The notes below the pieces were generated by a model. The model worked only from the letters and a program-made list of their open reading frames with translations, had not been told where the DNA came from and ran no database searches. A stretch of DNA of 64,000 nucleotides from an uncultured Clostridia bacterium (GTDB lineage: Bacteria; Bacillota; Clostridia; Christensenellales; Borkfalkiaceae). Of the stretch, positions 7,810-14,984 are shown one piece after another; the stretch's first letter is position 1, and every line of letters starts with the position of its first letter. The stretch is taken from NCBI GenBank assembly GCA_947632195.1, contig CANROE010000004.1, forward strand, positions 31,183 through 95,182, read 5' to 3'. The position numbers and the translations under genes were made by a program.

Positions 7810-9486
7810 ATGGACTACAAAGCATATATTGCGGAGCGTTTGCCCGCCGACGGCGTAAGCAGGGAAGAGATCGCGGAGAGCATTGCGGTCCCGCCCGATA
7901 CCTCCCTCGGCGACTATGCGCTCCCCTGTTTCAAGTTCGCGAAAATTTTGCATAAATCTTCCGTCCTCATCGCGCAGGAGCTCGCCGCAAGCTATCCCGC
8001 CGACGGCGTCATTTCGGAGGCGACGGCGGTGAACGGCTACCTCAATTTCAAAGTCAACCGCAGGGGACTTGCCGAAGAGACGCTTGCGCGTATCGAGCGG
8101 GAGGGGGAAAGATACGGTTCCTCTACGGTCGGCGCGGGCAAGACGGTGTGTATCGACTATTCCTCGGTGAACGTCGCAAAGCCCTTCCACATCGGGCACC
8201 TTTCCACCACCGTGCTGGGGGGCGCGCTCTACCGTATCTTCCAATTTTTGGGATATAAGGCCGTCGGTATCAATCACCTCGGCGACTATGGCACCCAGTT
8301 CGGCAAGCTCATTGCCGCCTACAAGCATTGGGGGAACAGAGAGGACGTGCAGAAGGGGGGCATTCACGCCATCAACGACCTCTATGTGCGCTTCAACAGT
8401 GAGGCAACGGAGGAGATGGAGGCGGAGGCGCGCGAATATTTCCGCCTCATCGAAAGCGGAGACAAGGAGGCGGTCGACCTCTTCCGTTGGTTCAAAGAGC
8501 TCACCCTCGACTATGTTCAAAAAATCTACGAAAAACTGCACGTTACGTTCGACAGCTACGCGGGCGAGAGCTTTTATATCGACAAGATGGGCCCCGTCAT
8601 CGACGAACTGAAAGAGAAGGGACTGCTTGTAGAGAGCCGAGGGGCGCAGGTCGTCGATCTCGAACCCTACGGCATGACGCCCTTTATCGTGCTCCGCTCG
8701 GACGGCGCCTCTCTCTACGGCACCCGCGATCTCGCCGCCGCATTCTACCGCAAACAGACGTACGATTTCGATAAATGCCTCTATGTCGTCGCCTACCAGC
8801 AGAATCTGCATTTCAAGCAGCTCTTCAAGGTGATCGAACTCATGGGCGAGCCTTGGGCGAAGGACCTTGTGCACGTTGCCTACGGCATGGTCTCCCTCGA
8901 AGACGGCGCGATGTCCACGCGGCAGGGAAAAGTTATCTGGCTCGAAGATGTGATCGGCCGCTGCGTCGAAAAGGCGTTCCAGATCATCAGCGAGAAAAAC
9001 CCCGCCCTCGAAAACAAAGAGGAAGTCGCCGAAAAGGTGGGCGTCGGCGCGGTCATGTTCGGCGCGCTCTACAACAACAAGATCAAGGACATCGTCTTTT
9101 CCTATGACAAGGCGCTCAATTTCGACGGGGAGACGAGCGTCTATGTGCAATATACCTGCGCCCGTGCGGCCTCCGTGCTCGGGAAAGCGGAGATCGGACA
9201 AGTGCGGATCCCCGAGCCCTGCGATGAAGAATTCGAGCTCGTCAAGGCGCTCGCCGAGTTCCCCGAGACGGTCAGAGCGGCGGCGGAGAAGTACGAGCCG
9301 AGCTGTATCGCCCGTTTCGCGGTGGACACGGCGCAGAAGTTCAACAAATTCTACTTCGATTGCAAAATTTTGCAGGCGGAGAGCGAAGAGCTGAAAAATT
9401 TCCGCTTGGCGCTCACAAAAGCCACGCTCACTTCGCTCACAAACGCGCTCACCCTGCTCGGGATCGGCGTTCCGGAGAAGATGTGA
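7810..9486 (+). CDS. argS: arginine--tRNA ligase
   Basis: 558 aa. Class I synthetase motifs PFHIGHL (HIGH) and AMSTRQGK (KMSK-like), with overall ArgRS-like layout. Confidence 0.95.
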   Translation: MDYKAYIAERLPADGVSREEIAESIAVPPDTSLGDYALPCFKFAKILHKSSVLIAQELAASYPADGVISEATAVNGYLNFKVNRRGLAEETLARIEREGERYGSSTVGAGKTVCIDYSSVNVAKPFHIGHLSTTVLGGALYRIFQFLGYKAVGINHLGDYGTQFGKLIAAYKHWGNREDVQKGGIHAINDLYVRFNSEATEEMEAEAREYFRLIESGDKEAVDLFRWFKELTLDYVQKIYEKLHVTFDSYAGESFYIDKMGPVIDELKEKGLLVESRGAQVVDLEPYGMTPFIVLRSDGASLYGTRDLAAAFYRKQTYDFDKCLYVVAYQQNLHFKQLFKVIELMGEPWAKDLVHVAYGMVSLEDGAMSTRQGKVIWLEDVIGRCVEKAFQIISEKNPALENKEEVAEKVGVGAVMFGALYNNKIKDIVFSYDKALNFDGETSVYVQYTCARAASVLGKAEIGQVRIPEPCDEEFELVKALAEFPETVRAAAEKYEPSCIARFAVDTAQKFNKFYFDCKILQAESEELKNFRLALTKATLTSLTNALTLLGIGVPEKM

Positions 9487-10127
9487 TGAAGGCAATCTTT
9501 TTCGATTTGGACGGAACGCTCTGCAATACCCTCGCCGACATCCGCTTTCACGTCAACAAAATGCTCTCCTCGCGCGGCTATCCCCAAATTTCGGAGCAAC
9601 AGACAAAGAGCTATGTCGGGGACGGAGCGCGAAAACTCATCGAGCGGGCGCTCCCCGAAGGCGCGGAGGATGTCGAGGGCTGCTACGAAGAATTTCTTGC
9701 GGGTTTTTCGGTGAGCGACGGAAGCCTTCTCTCTCTTTATGAGGGAGAGAAAGAGGCGCTCGACGCGCTGAAAGAGAAAGGATATCAGCTCGCCGTCATC
9801 ACCAACAAGCCGCAGGCGGCGACGTACGGCACGCTGAAAAAGTTTTTCCCCGAGGGTTATTTCGGCTTTGTGGGCGGGGACAGCGGCATGTTCCCCGTCA
9901 AGCCCGACCCTTCCCTCACCCGCTATGCGGCGCTCTCCATGCGGGTCTCTTTGAAGGACTGCGTGTTCGTCGGCGACGGCGAACAGGATGTGCGCACCGC
10001 AAAGAATGCGGGCATGCGGGGGATCGCCGCGCTGTGGGGATACCGTACCCGCGCCGAGCTCGTGCGCGCGGGCGCGACCGAGTTTGCGGAGAGTTTCGGG
10101 GACCTTTTGAAAATTTTGCAAAGTTGA
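9486..10127 (+). CDS. HAD-IA family hydrolase (phosphoglycolate phosphatase-like)
   Basis: MKAIFFDLDGTL (DxDGT nucleophile motif), ITNKP, GDGEQD. The ATG at 9486 overlaps the argS stop by 1 nt. Confidence 0.8.
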   Translation: MKAIFFDLDGTLCNTLADIRFHVNKMLSSRGYPQISEQQTKSYVGDGARKLIERALPEGAEDVEGCYEEFLAGFSVSDGSLLSLYEGEKEALDALKEKGYQLAVITNKPQAATYGTLKKFFPEGYFGFVGGDSGMFPVKPDPSLTRYAALSMRVSLKDCVFVGDGEQDVRTAKNAGMRGIAALWGYRTRAELVRAGATEFAESFGDLLKILQS

Positions 10128-10146
10128 AAAAAATGCAAAAAAATTC

Positions 10147-10175
10147 TTGAAAATCGGCGGCGCTTGTGATATAAT
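10147..10175 (+). promoter_or_regulatory. sigma-A type promoter of the rubrerythrin gene
   Basis: TTGAAA (10147-10152), 17-nt spacer, TGaTATAAT (10167-10175). Confidence 0.6.
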
Positions 10176-10205
10176 ACGGGCGAAATCTTTATGGAGGAAA
10201 ACAAG

Positions 10206-10724
10206 ATGAAAAGATGTGCTGTTTGCGGCGAGATCGTCGCAGATGATGTAGAGGTCTGCCCCGTTTGCAAGGCGACCAAGTTCGTGCCCGTGGAAGAGGC
10301 GAAGTTCGCCTGCGAGCACCATGTCGGCGATGGCGTGGTGGAGGACAAGGAAGTGATGGACGGTCTCCGCGCCAATTTCAGCGGCGAATGCTGCGAAGTG
10401 GGCATGTACCTTGCGATGGCGCGGGTCGCGGAGCGCGAAGGCTATCCCGAGATCGCCGAGGCGTACAAGCGTTATGCCTTTGAGGAAGCGGAGCACGCAA
10501 GTAAGTTTGCAGAGCTTTTGGGCGAAGTTGTCACCGATTCCACCAAGAAGAACCTCGAACTCCGCGCGGCGGCAGAGGCGGGCGCATGCGAAGGAAAACT
10601 CATGCTCGCAAAGCGCGCGAAAGAGCTCGGCTACGACGCCATTCACGACACCGTGCACGAGATGGCGAAGGACGAGGCGCGTCACGGCGCAGGGTTCAAG
10701 GGCCTCTTGAAGCGTTATTTCTGA
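10206..10724 (+). CDS. rubrerythrin family protein with an N-terminal rubredoxin-like CxxC..CxxC domain ('reverse' rubrerythrin layout)
   Basis: [11 protein letters not shown]...CPVCK followed by ferritin-like EEAEHA and DEARHG (ExxH) motifs. ATG 10206 is preferred over 10191 because GGAGG lies 7 nt upstream of it. Confidence 0.85.
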   Translation: MKRCAVCGEIVADDVEVCPVCKATKFVPVEEAKFACEHHVGDGVVEDKEVMDGLRANFSGECCEVGMYLAMARVAEREGYPEIAEAYKRYAFEEAEHASKFAELLGEVVTDSTKKNLELRAAAEAGACEGKLMLAKRAKELGYDAIHDTVHEMAKDEARHGAGFKGLLKRYF

Positions 10725-10752
10725 TTTTTCACAAAAGAACAACAAAGGAAAA

Positions 10753-10790
10753 AGGACAGGCGGTTTGCCTGTCCTTTCGGCCTTTTTAGG
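10753..10790. terminator. hairpin terminator between convergent genes
   Basis: AGGACAGGC-ggttt-GCCTGTCCT followed by TTTcggccTTTTT. It sits between the + rubrerythrin gene and the - membrane-protein gene. Confidence 0.6.
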
Positions 10791-10791
10791 G

Positions 10792-11343
10792 TCAATGTTT
10801 GAATTTGGGGAGAAGCAGACACACGATATGTATGAGCGCAAACACGATCGTAAAGGAAAGAACGAGCGCGGGCGCCACACTCGAAGCTCCCATAGCGGAT
10901 GCGGTAACGGAGGTCGCCCCCGTCAGCGTGCAGGAGAAAGAGTAAATGAGAAAATAAAACAGGAGGGGCAGGATGCGCCATACTTTCCCGAGCATGAAAA
11001 AGATCGGATATTTTTTGCCGAGGTTTAGGAAGGGCAGGGGCAGCGTCAGAAGCCCGAACAGCGAAGCCGCGAGCGAGACCGCCGCAAATACGATGAGCGC
11101 CGTGCAGATCCCGGAATCGGCTTGGTACACATTGACGGAAACATTGCCGAGCCCCGAATATCCCAATGCGAGCCCCGAATATTCCGAATATGAAACTACG
11201 GGCGCGAGAAAGAGCAGAAATAAGAGCAGAGAATAGAGCGCAAACGCGCAAGCGGGGACGATCATCAGAGCGGAAAACTTTCCGCCCGCGTTTTGATCTT
11301 CCGGTTCTTCGCGCGAGAAAACGCCGTTGCCGTAATCATCCAT
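10792..11343 (-). CDS. hypothetical integral membrane protein
   Basis: 183 aa from the internal ATG 11343, which has SD AGGAGG 7 nt upstream. Several long hydrophobic segments; no family recognised. Confidence 0.6.
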   Translation of the reverse strand: MDDYGNGVFSREEPEDQNAGGKFSALMIVPACAFALYSLLLFLLFLAPVVSYSEYSGLALGYSGLGNVSVNVYQADSGICTALIVFAAVSLAASLFGLLTLPLPFLNLGKKYPIFFMLGKVWRILPLLFYFLIYSFSCTLTGATSVTASAMGASSVAPALVLSFTIVFALIHIVCLLLPKFKH

Positions 11344-11368
11344 AACAGACCTCCTTGCATTTGTAAAA

Positions 11369-11397
11369 ATTATATCACGGCGGCGGGCGGTTGTCAA
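11369..11397 (-). promoter_or_regulatory. sigma-A type promoter of the membrane-protein gene
   Basis: The minus strand reads TTGACA-17 nt-TGaTATAAT. The ATG at 11343 lies about 25 nt downstream. Confidence 0.65.
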
Positions 11398-11420
11398 GGA
11401 AAGAGGAAAAATAAGAAAGA

Positions 11421-11459
11421 AAAATAAAAAAGGGATGGCCCTCCCGAAGGAGAACCATC
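11421..11459 (-). terminator. orphan rho-independent terminator (minus strand)
   Basis: The minus strand reads GAUGGUUCUCC-uucg-GGAGGGCCAUC (two G.U pairs) followed by CCUUUUUUAUUUU. No annotated minus-strand gene lies upstream of it. Confidence 0.55.
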
Positions 11460-11531
11460 GCTTTTTGGAGAGTATTAAAACGTTGAAGCTGGGACTTCAA
11501 ACATTTTCGGTTTTTTGTAACTTCTTGTTAC
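11425..11531 (-). ncRNA. candidate ~105-nt small RNA (speculative)
   Basis: Possible minus-strand promoter TTGCCT (11566-11561), 17-nt spacer, TAAAAT (11543-11538). It would yield a transcript with 2 hairpins plus the orphan terminator. The only ORF here is 9 codons without an SD. Confidence 0.25.
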
Positions 11532-11609
11532 AAGCCTATTTTAACGGATAAGCCAAAAGAAGGCAACCTACTTTCGGCGAAAAAAGCTCTATCTGCCCGA
11601 ACTTAACGG

Positions 11610-11634
11610 GTAGAGTGTAAAATTTTCACTCTAC
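11610..11634. promoter_or_regulatory. 8-bp-arm palindrome; candidate operator upstream of the XRE promoter
   Basis: GTAGAGTG-N9-CACTCTAC. It ends 14 nt upstream of the -35 hexamer at 11649. Confidence 0.35.
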
Positions 11635-11648
11635 TCACAGTAGAACTA

Positions 11649-11676
11649 TTGACAATACGGCAATTTTTGGTATAAT
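11649..11676 (+). promoter_or_regulatory. sigma-A type promoter of the XRE-headed operon
   Basis: TTGACA (11649-11654), 16-nt spacer, TGgTATAAT (11668-11676). The ATG at 11683 follows the -10 by 6 nt. Confidence 0.65.
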
Positions 11677-11682
11677 AGAGGT

Positions 11683-12291
11683 ATGGAAGAAGAAATTTTA
11701 GCACAAGTCATCGGAAAGAATATCACACGTTTGAGAAAACTTGCGAACATGACGCAGCTCGAACTTGCGGAGAAACTCAACTATTCCGATAAATCGATTT
11801 CCAAATGGGAGCAGGGCAACGGCATTCCCGACGTGCGCATTCTGATCCAGCTCGCGGAGCTGTTCGGCGTCACGCTCGACGATCTCGTGCACGAGCATAT
11901 AGATAAAGAAGTCTTGCCGAAGAACACCAAACTGCGCAACCGTCTGATCACCGTCATCTGTTCGGTGGGGCTCTGCTGGCTCGTCGCGGTATGCTGTTTT
12001 GTGCTCCTCGGTCTCTTCGGCCCCGAGCTCAAATTCAAGTGGCTCGCCTTTTTGTTTGCGGTGCCCGCCTCGGCGATCGTCGTGGTCGTGTTCAGTACGA
12101 TCTGGCAGTGGAAGTGGACGCGCATCATCTCCATTTCCGTGCTCGTATGGACGGTGATCGGCTGCGTATATCTCGTCATCTATGCCGTCACGGGGTGGAC
12201 GCAAAATCTTTGGTTCCTCTTTCTCATCGGCATTCCGTTGCAGGCGCTCACCCTCATCTATTTTATGTGGCGTTCCCGCACCAAGAGGTAA
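11683..12291 (+). CDS. XRE (Cro/C1) family HTH regulator with a C-terminal multi-pass membrane domain
   Basis: The N-terminus reads IGKNITRLRKLANMTQLELAEKLNYSDKSISKWEQG (HTH_3 pattern). It is followed by about 4 hydrophobic helices. Confidence 0.8.
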   Translation: MEEEILAQVIGKNITRLRKLANMTQLELAEKLNYSDKSISKWEQGNGIPDVRILIQLAELFGVTLDDLVHEHIDKEVLPKNTKLRNRLITVICSVGLCWLVAVCCFVLLGLFGPELKFKWLAFLFAVPASAIVVVVFSTIWQWKWTRIISISVLVWTVIGCVYLVIYAVTGWTQNLWFLFLIGIPLQALTLIYFMWRSRTKR

Positions 12292-12294
12292 CAT

Positions 12295-13314
12295 ATGGAA
12301 GAAAGCAAGCGGTATCATTTTCGCAGAAAGATCAGCGGCGGGTTCGGCTGGGCGTTTATCGTCCTTGCGCTCCTCTGCATGGCGGGGCTGGTGGTCTCGC
12401 TCATCATGCTCGGCCTCGGCAACGAACATATGTCTCTGCTCGGCATTCTTGCGGGCGGATTCGCCGGCGGGGCGATCCTCTTCGGCATTCTCGGGTATTT
12501 CCTCGTCCGCAGAGGGGAATTCTGGCAGCGGCAGGAGCTCGACGCGTTGGAGCGCGCGGACAGTGAAGAGAGCTTTTTCATCGGCGAGGAGACGCTCGTC
12601 ACCTTTGCGCAGGAGGGGCTCGTCATTCACAACCGCGAGCGCTCGATCTCCGTACCCTACGGCGAGGTCCGTTTTATTTCCGTGTGCACCCGCCGCAAGC
12701 CGCGCGAGAGGGGAGAGTGGAGCGTTCTCATCGAAGTGCCCGCCTCCTATGTCGTGAAAAAGGCGAAGAAAGGGGAGCCGCCCGTGCTGATACAGGCAGA
12801 CGGGAAAGAGCGGCTCTACCGTGCGCTCGAAAAGCACGCCCTTCCCCTCCTCGGGGAACAGCGCGGGCAAGAGCAAACGCAAAAGCAGACGCAAAAGTTC
12901 ACCCGTATGCAAAAATACGACCTTCCCGACAGGGCAAAGCGGAAACGTGCGCTCTGGTTTTTGCTGCTCGGCGTCCTTCTGACGGGCGGCGGCGTGGGGC
13001 TGATGTTCTACATGTCCGCGATCGGCGCTCCCGTCATCGTGGTGGGCGGCTATATCGTTCTCCGTGCGCTCGTGTCCTATTATCGGGGAAAGCGGGTGTT
13101 CTCCGTCTACCGCGAGGGACTGTATCTTGCCGAACTTTCCACGCAGGACAGCTTTTTCCTCAAATGGGAAGAGATGGAGAGCATCGTTCCCACCGAGGCG
13201 GAAAAACAGGAGATCCTCCGCGCGAATTGCCTCTACGGCGCCTATGATTTTCCCCGCCCGCACGGCGCATATGAATACATCAGAGAGCACTTCCCCGACA
13301 AGTGCGGCCAATAA
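12295..13314 (+). CDS. hypothetical membrane protein (two pairs of TM helices, each followed by a soluble domain)
   Basis: 339 aa starting 4 nt after the XRE stop. The repeated architecture is TM-TM-soluble. No family recognised. Confidence 0.6.
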   Translation: MEESKRYHFRRKISGGFGWAFIVLALLCMAGLVVSLIMLGLGNEHMSLLGILAGGFAGGAILFGILGYFLVRRGEFWQRQELDALERADSEESFFIGEETLVTFAQEGLVIHNRERSISVPYGEVRFISVCTRRKPRERGEWSVLIEVPASYVVKKAKKGEPPVLIQADGKERLYRALEKHALPLLGEQRGQEQTQKQTQKFTRMQKYDLPDRAKRKRALWFLLLGVLLTGGGVGLMFYMSAIGAPVIVVGGYIVLRALVSYYRGKRVFSVYREGLYLAELSTQDSFFLKWEEMESIVPTEAEKQEILRANCLYGAYDFPRPHGAYEYIREHFPDKCGQ

Positions 13315-13338
13315 GAAATGCGCCTTCGTACATAAATC

Positions 13339-13572
13339 ATGAGAGAGTTGAAAATTCACGGCGTGTACCGCCATTTCAAGGGCAAATATTACTATGTGGA
13401 GGGGGTCGCCACCCACTCCGAAACGCGCGAACAGCTCGTCGTTTACCGCGCCCTCTATGGCGGAAGGGAGCTTTTCGTCCGTCCGCTTGCCATGTTTCTC
13501 TCGCCCGTAGACAGAGAAAAGTATCCCCTTGCCGAACAAGAATATCGCTTTGAAGAAGTGGAAAATGAGTGA
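13339..13572 (+). CDS. DUF1653 family protein
   Basis: 77 aa. YRHFKGKYYYVEG...HSETREQLVVYRALYG...FVRPLAMF matches the DUF1653 pattern as I remember it. Confidence 0.65.
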   Translation: MRELKIHGVYRHFKGKYYYVEGVATHSETREQLVVYRALYGGRELFVRPLAMFLSPVDREKYPLAEQEYRFEEVENE

Positions 13573-13885
13573 TTCACGGGTGTGTCCCCGCTGCGGGACG
13601 ACAATCGAAGAGTTCCGCCGCACGGGGCTTGTGGGCTGTGCGGAGTGTTACCGCGCATTTCGGGAGGAGATCCTCTCCGCCGTCCGCCGCGTACAGGGGA
13701 CGACCCGCCATGAGGGGGCGATCCCTGCGGTCTCGGAGGAAAAATATTCCTTTATGCTCGAACAGCAGCACCTCAAAGACGCCATCGAAAGGGCTTTGCG
13801 CGCGGGGAAATTCGAGGAGGCGGAGGCCTTGCAACAGCGGCTCAGGGAGAGCAACCGCACCCGCCGCAAGGAGGAGCAGTCGTGA
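13565..13885 (+). CDS. mcsA: McsA-like UVR-domain protein (activator of protein arginine kinase)
   Basis: CPRCG...CAECY zinc ribbon plus a UVR-like helix (AIERALRAGKFEEAEALQQRL). The ATG at 13565 overlaps the DUF1653 stop (ATGAGTGA). Sits directly upstream of mcsB. Confidence 0.7.
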   Translation: MSDSRVCPRCGTTIEEFRRTGLVGCAECYRAFREEILSAVRRVQGTTRHEGAIPAVSEEKYSFMLEQQHLKDAIERALRAGKFEEAEALQQRLRESNRTRRKEEQS

Positions 13886-14979
13886 AAGCAAGCGCCATCC
13901 GCTATGAAAACGTCGCCGTTTCCACGCGTATCCGCCTGGCGCGCAACTTTGCGGACTATCCCTTTCCCCGCCGTCTCGGGAAACCCGCCGCGCGGGAGAT
14001 CATCGGCATCGTCTCTGCGGCGCTCAGAGAGGTGGACGCCTTTGAGCTCCACTACATGGACGGCATTTCTTTGCAGCAGGCGGAGCTGTACATCGAGCGC
14101 TACCAGATCAGCCGCGATCTTTGGAAGAACCGCGAAATTTCCGCCGTGCTCTTTCTGCGGCAAAACGGCGCAGGCAGGACGTTTGAGAAGGAGCTGTCCG
14201 ACATCCTCACCGAAAACGTCTCCGTCATGATCAATGAAGAGGACCACATCCGCGCGCAGTATTTCGTGCGCGGGTTCGACCTGAAAAGAGGATATGAACG
14301 GCTCTCGGGGATCGATGAGATCATCGCCGAGACCATTCCCTTCGCCTGTGACAGCGAGCTCGGATACCTCACGGCCTGTCCCACCAATCTCGGCACGGGG
14401 CTGCGCGCCTCCGTCATGCTTTTTTTGCCCGCGCTTGCCCGAAGGGGACGGATGAGGGAGATCACCGCCAAATTAAAGCGCAAGGGGCTCACCGTGCGCG
14501 GCATGTTCGGGGAGGGCAGCGTCGCGGAGGGCGATCTGTACCAGATCAGCAACGAGGTCACCTTGGGCGCGCGCGACACGGACATTCTTTCCGTAGTGGA
14601 GCGGGAAGTGAACGACCTCGTGGAGGAGGAGATCGTGGAGCGGGACATGCTGGAAGAGGAAGGGGGCATGGCGCTCACCGACCGTATCCTGCGCTCATAC
14701 GGCATTCTCACCAACTGCGCGCAGATCGACGCGCACGAATTTTTGGAGCGGCTTTCGGACGTAAAGCTCGGCGTTGCGCTCGGCATGTTCGAGGGGGAGA
14801 TGAGCGATCTCGACACGCTCCTCGTCTCCACCCGTCCCGCCAACCTCGGCGCGCTCGCGGAAAAACAGCTCACGGAAGAAGAACAAGATATTTTTCGCGC
14901 AAATTATGCGGGCAGAACGCTTCGGCGGATGTGCATGCTCGATGAAGAATTGCGCGGCAATTTATTCCCGAAGGAGTAA
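13882..14979 (+). CDS. mcsB: protein arginine kinase (ATP:guanido phosphotransferase)
   Basis: 365 aa with CPTNLGTGLRASVM, the phosphagen-kinase active-site signature. The GTG start overlaps the mcsA stop (GTGA). Confidence 0.9.
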   Translation: MKASAIRYENVAVSTRIRLARNFADYPFPRRLGKPAAREIIGIVSAALREVDAFELHYMDGISLQQAELYIERYQISRDLWKNREISAVLFLRQNGAGRTFEKELSDILTENVSVMINEEDHIRAQYFVRGFDLKRGYERLSGIDEIIAETIPFACDSELGYLTACPTNLGTGLRASVMLFLPALARRGRMREITAKLKRKGLTVRGMFGEGSVAEGDLYQISNEVTLGARDTDILSVVEREVNDLVEEEIVERDMLEEEGGMALTDRILRSYGILTNCAQIDAHEFLERLSDVKLGVALGMFEGEMSDLDTLLVSTRPANLGALAEKQLTEEEQDIFRANYAGRTLRRMCMLDEELRGNLFPKE

Positions 14980-14984
14980 AAAAT

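Noticed and set aside
7777-9495. 572-aa ORF antisense to argS
   Set aside because: It is the mirror frame of a gene with unambiguous ArgRS motifs on the + strand. Long stop-free antisense frames are expected in GC-rich DNA. The translation is Arg/Ala/Gly/Leu-rich, low complexity, and has no motif.
10191-10205. Upstream ATG 10191 as the rubrerythrin start (track ORF)
   Set aside because: The GGAGG at 10194-10198 lies inside that extension and is ideally spaced for ATG 10206. The 5 extra residues (MEENK) are not needed for the rubredoxin-like CxxC domain. I cannot exclude this start without N-terminal data.
11698-13623. 641-aa ORF antisense to the XRE, membrane-protein and DUF1653 genes
   Set aside because: It spans three independently signalled + strand genes and their junctions. 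It has no SD and no motifs, and its composition is typical of antisense artefacts.
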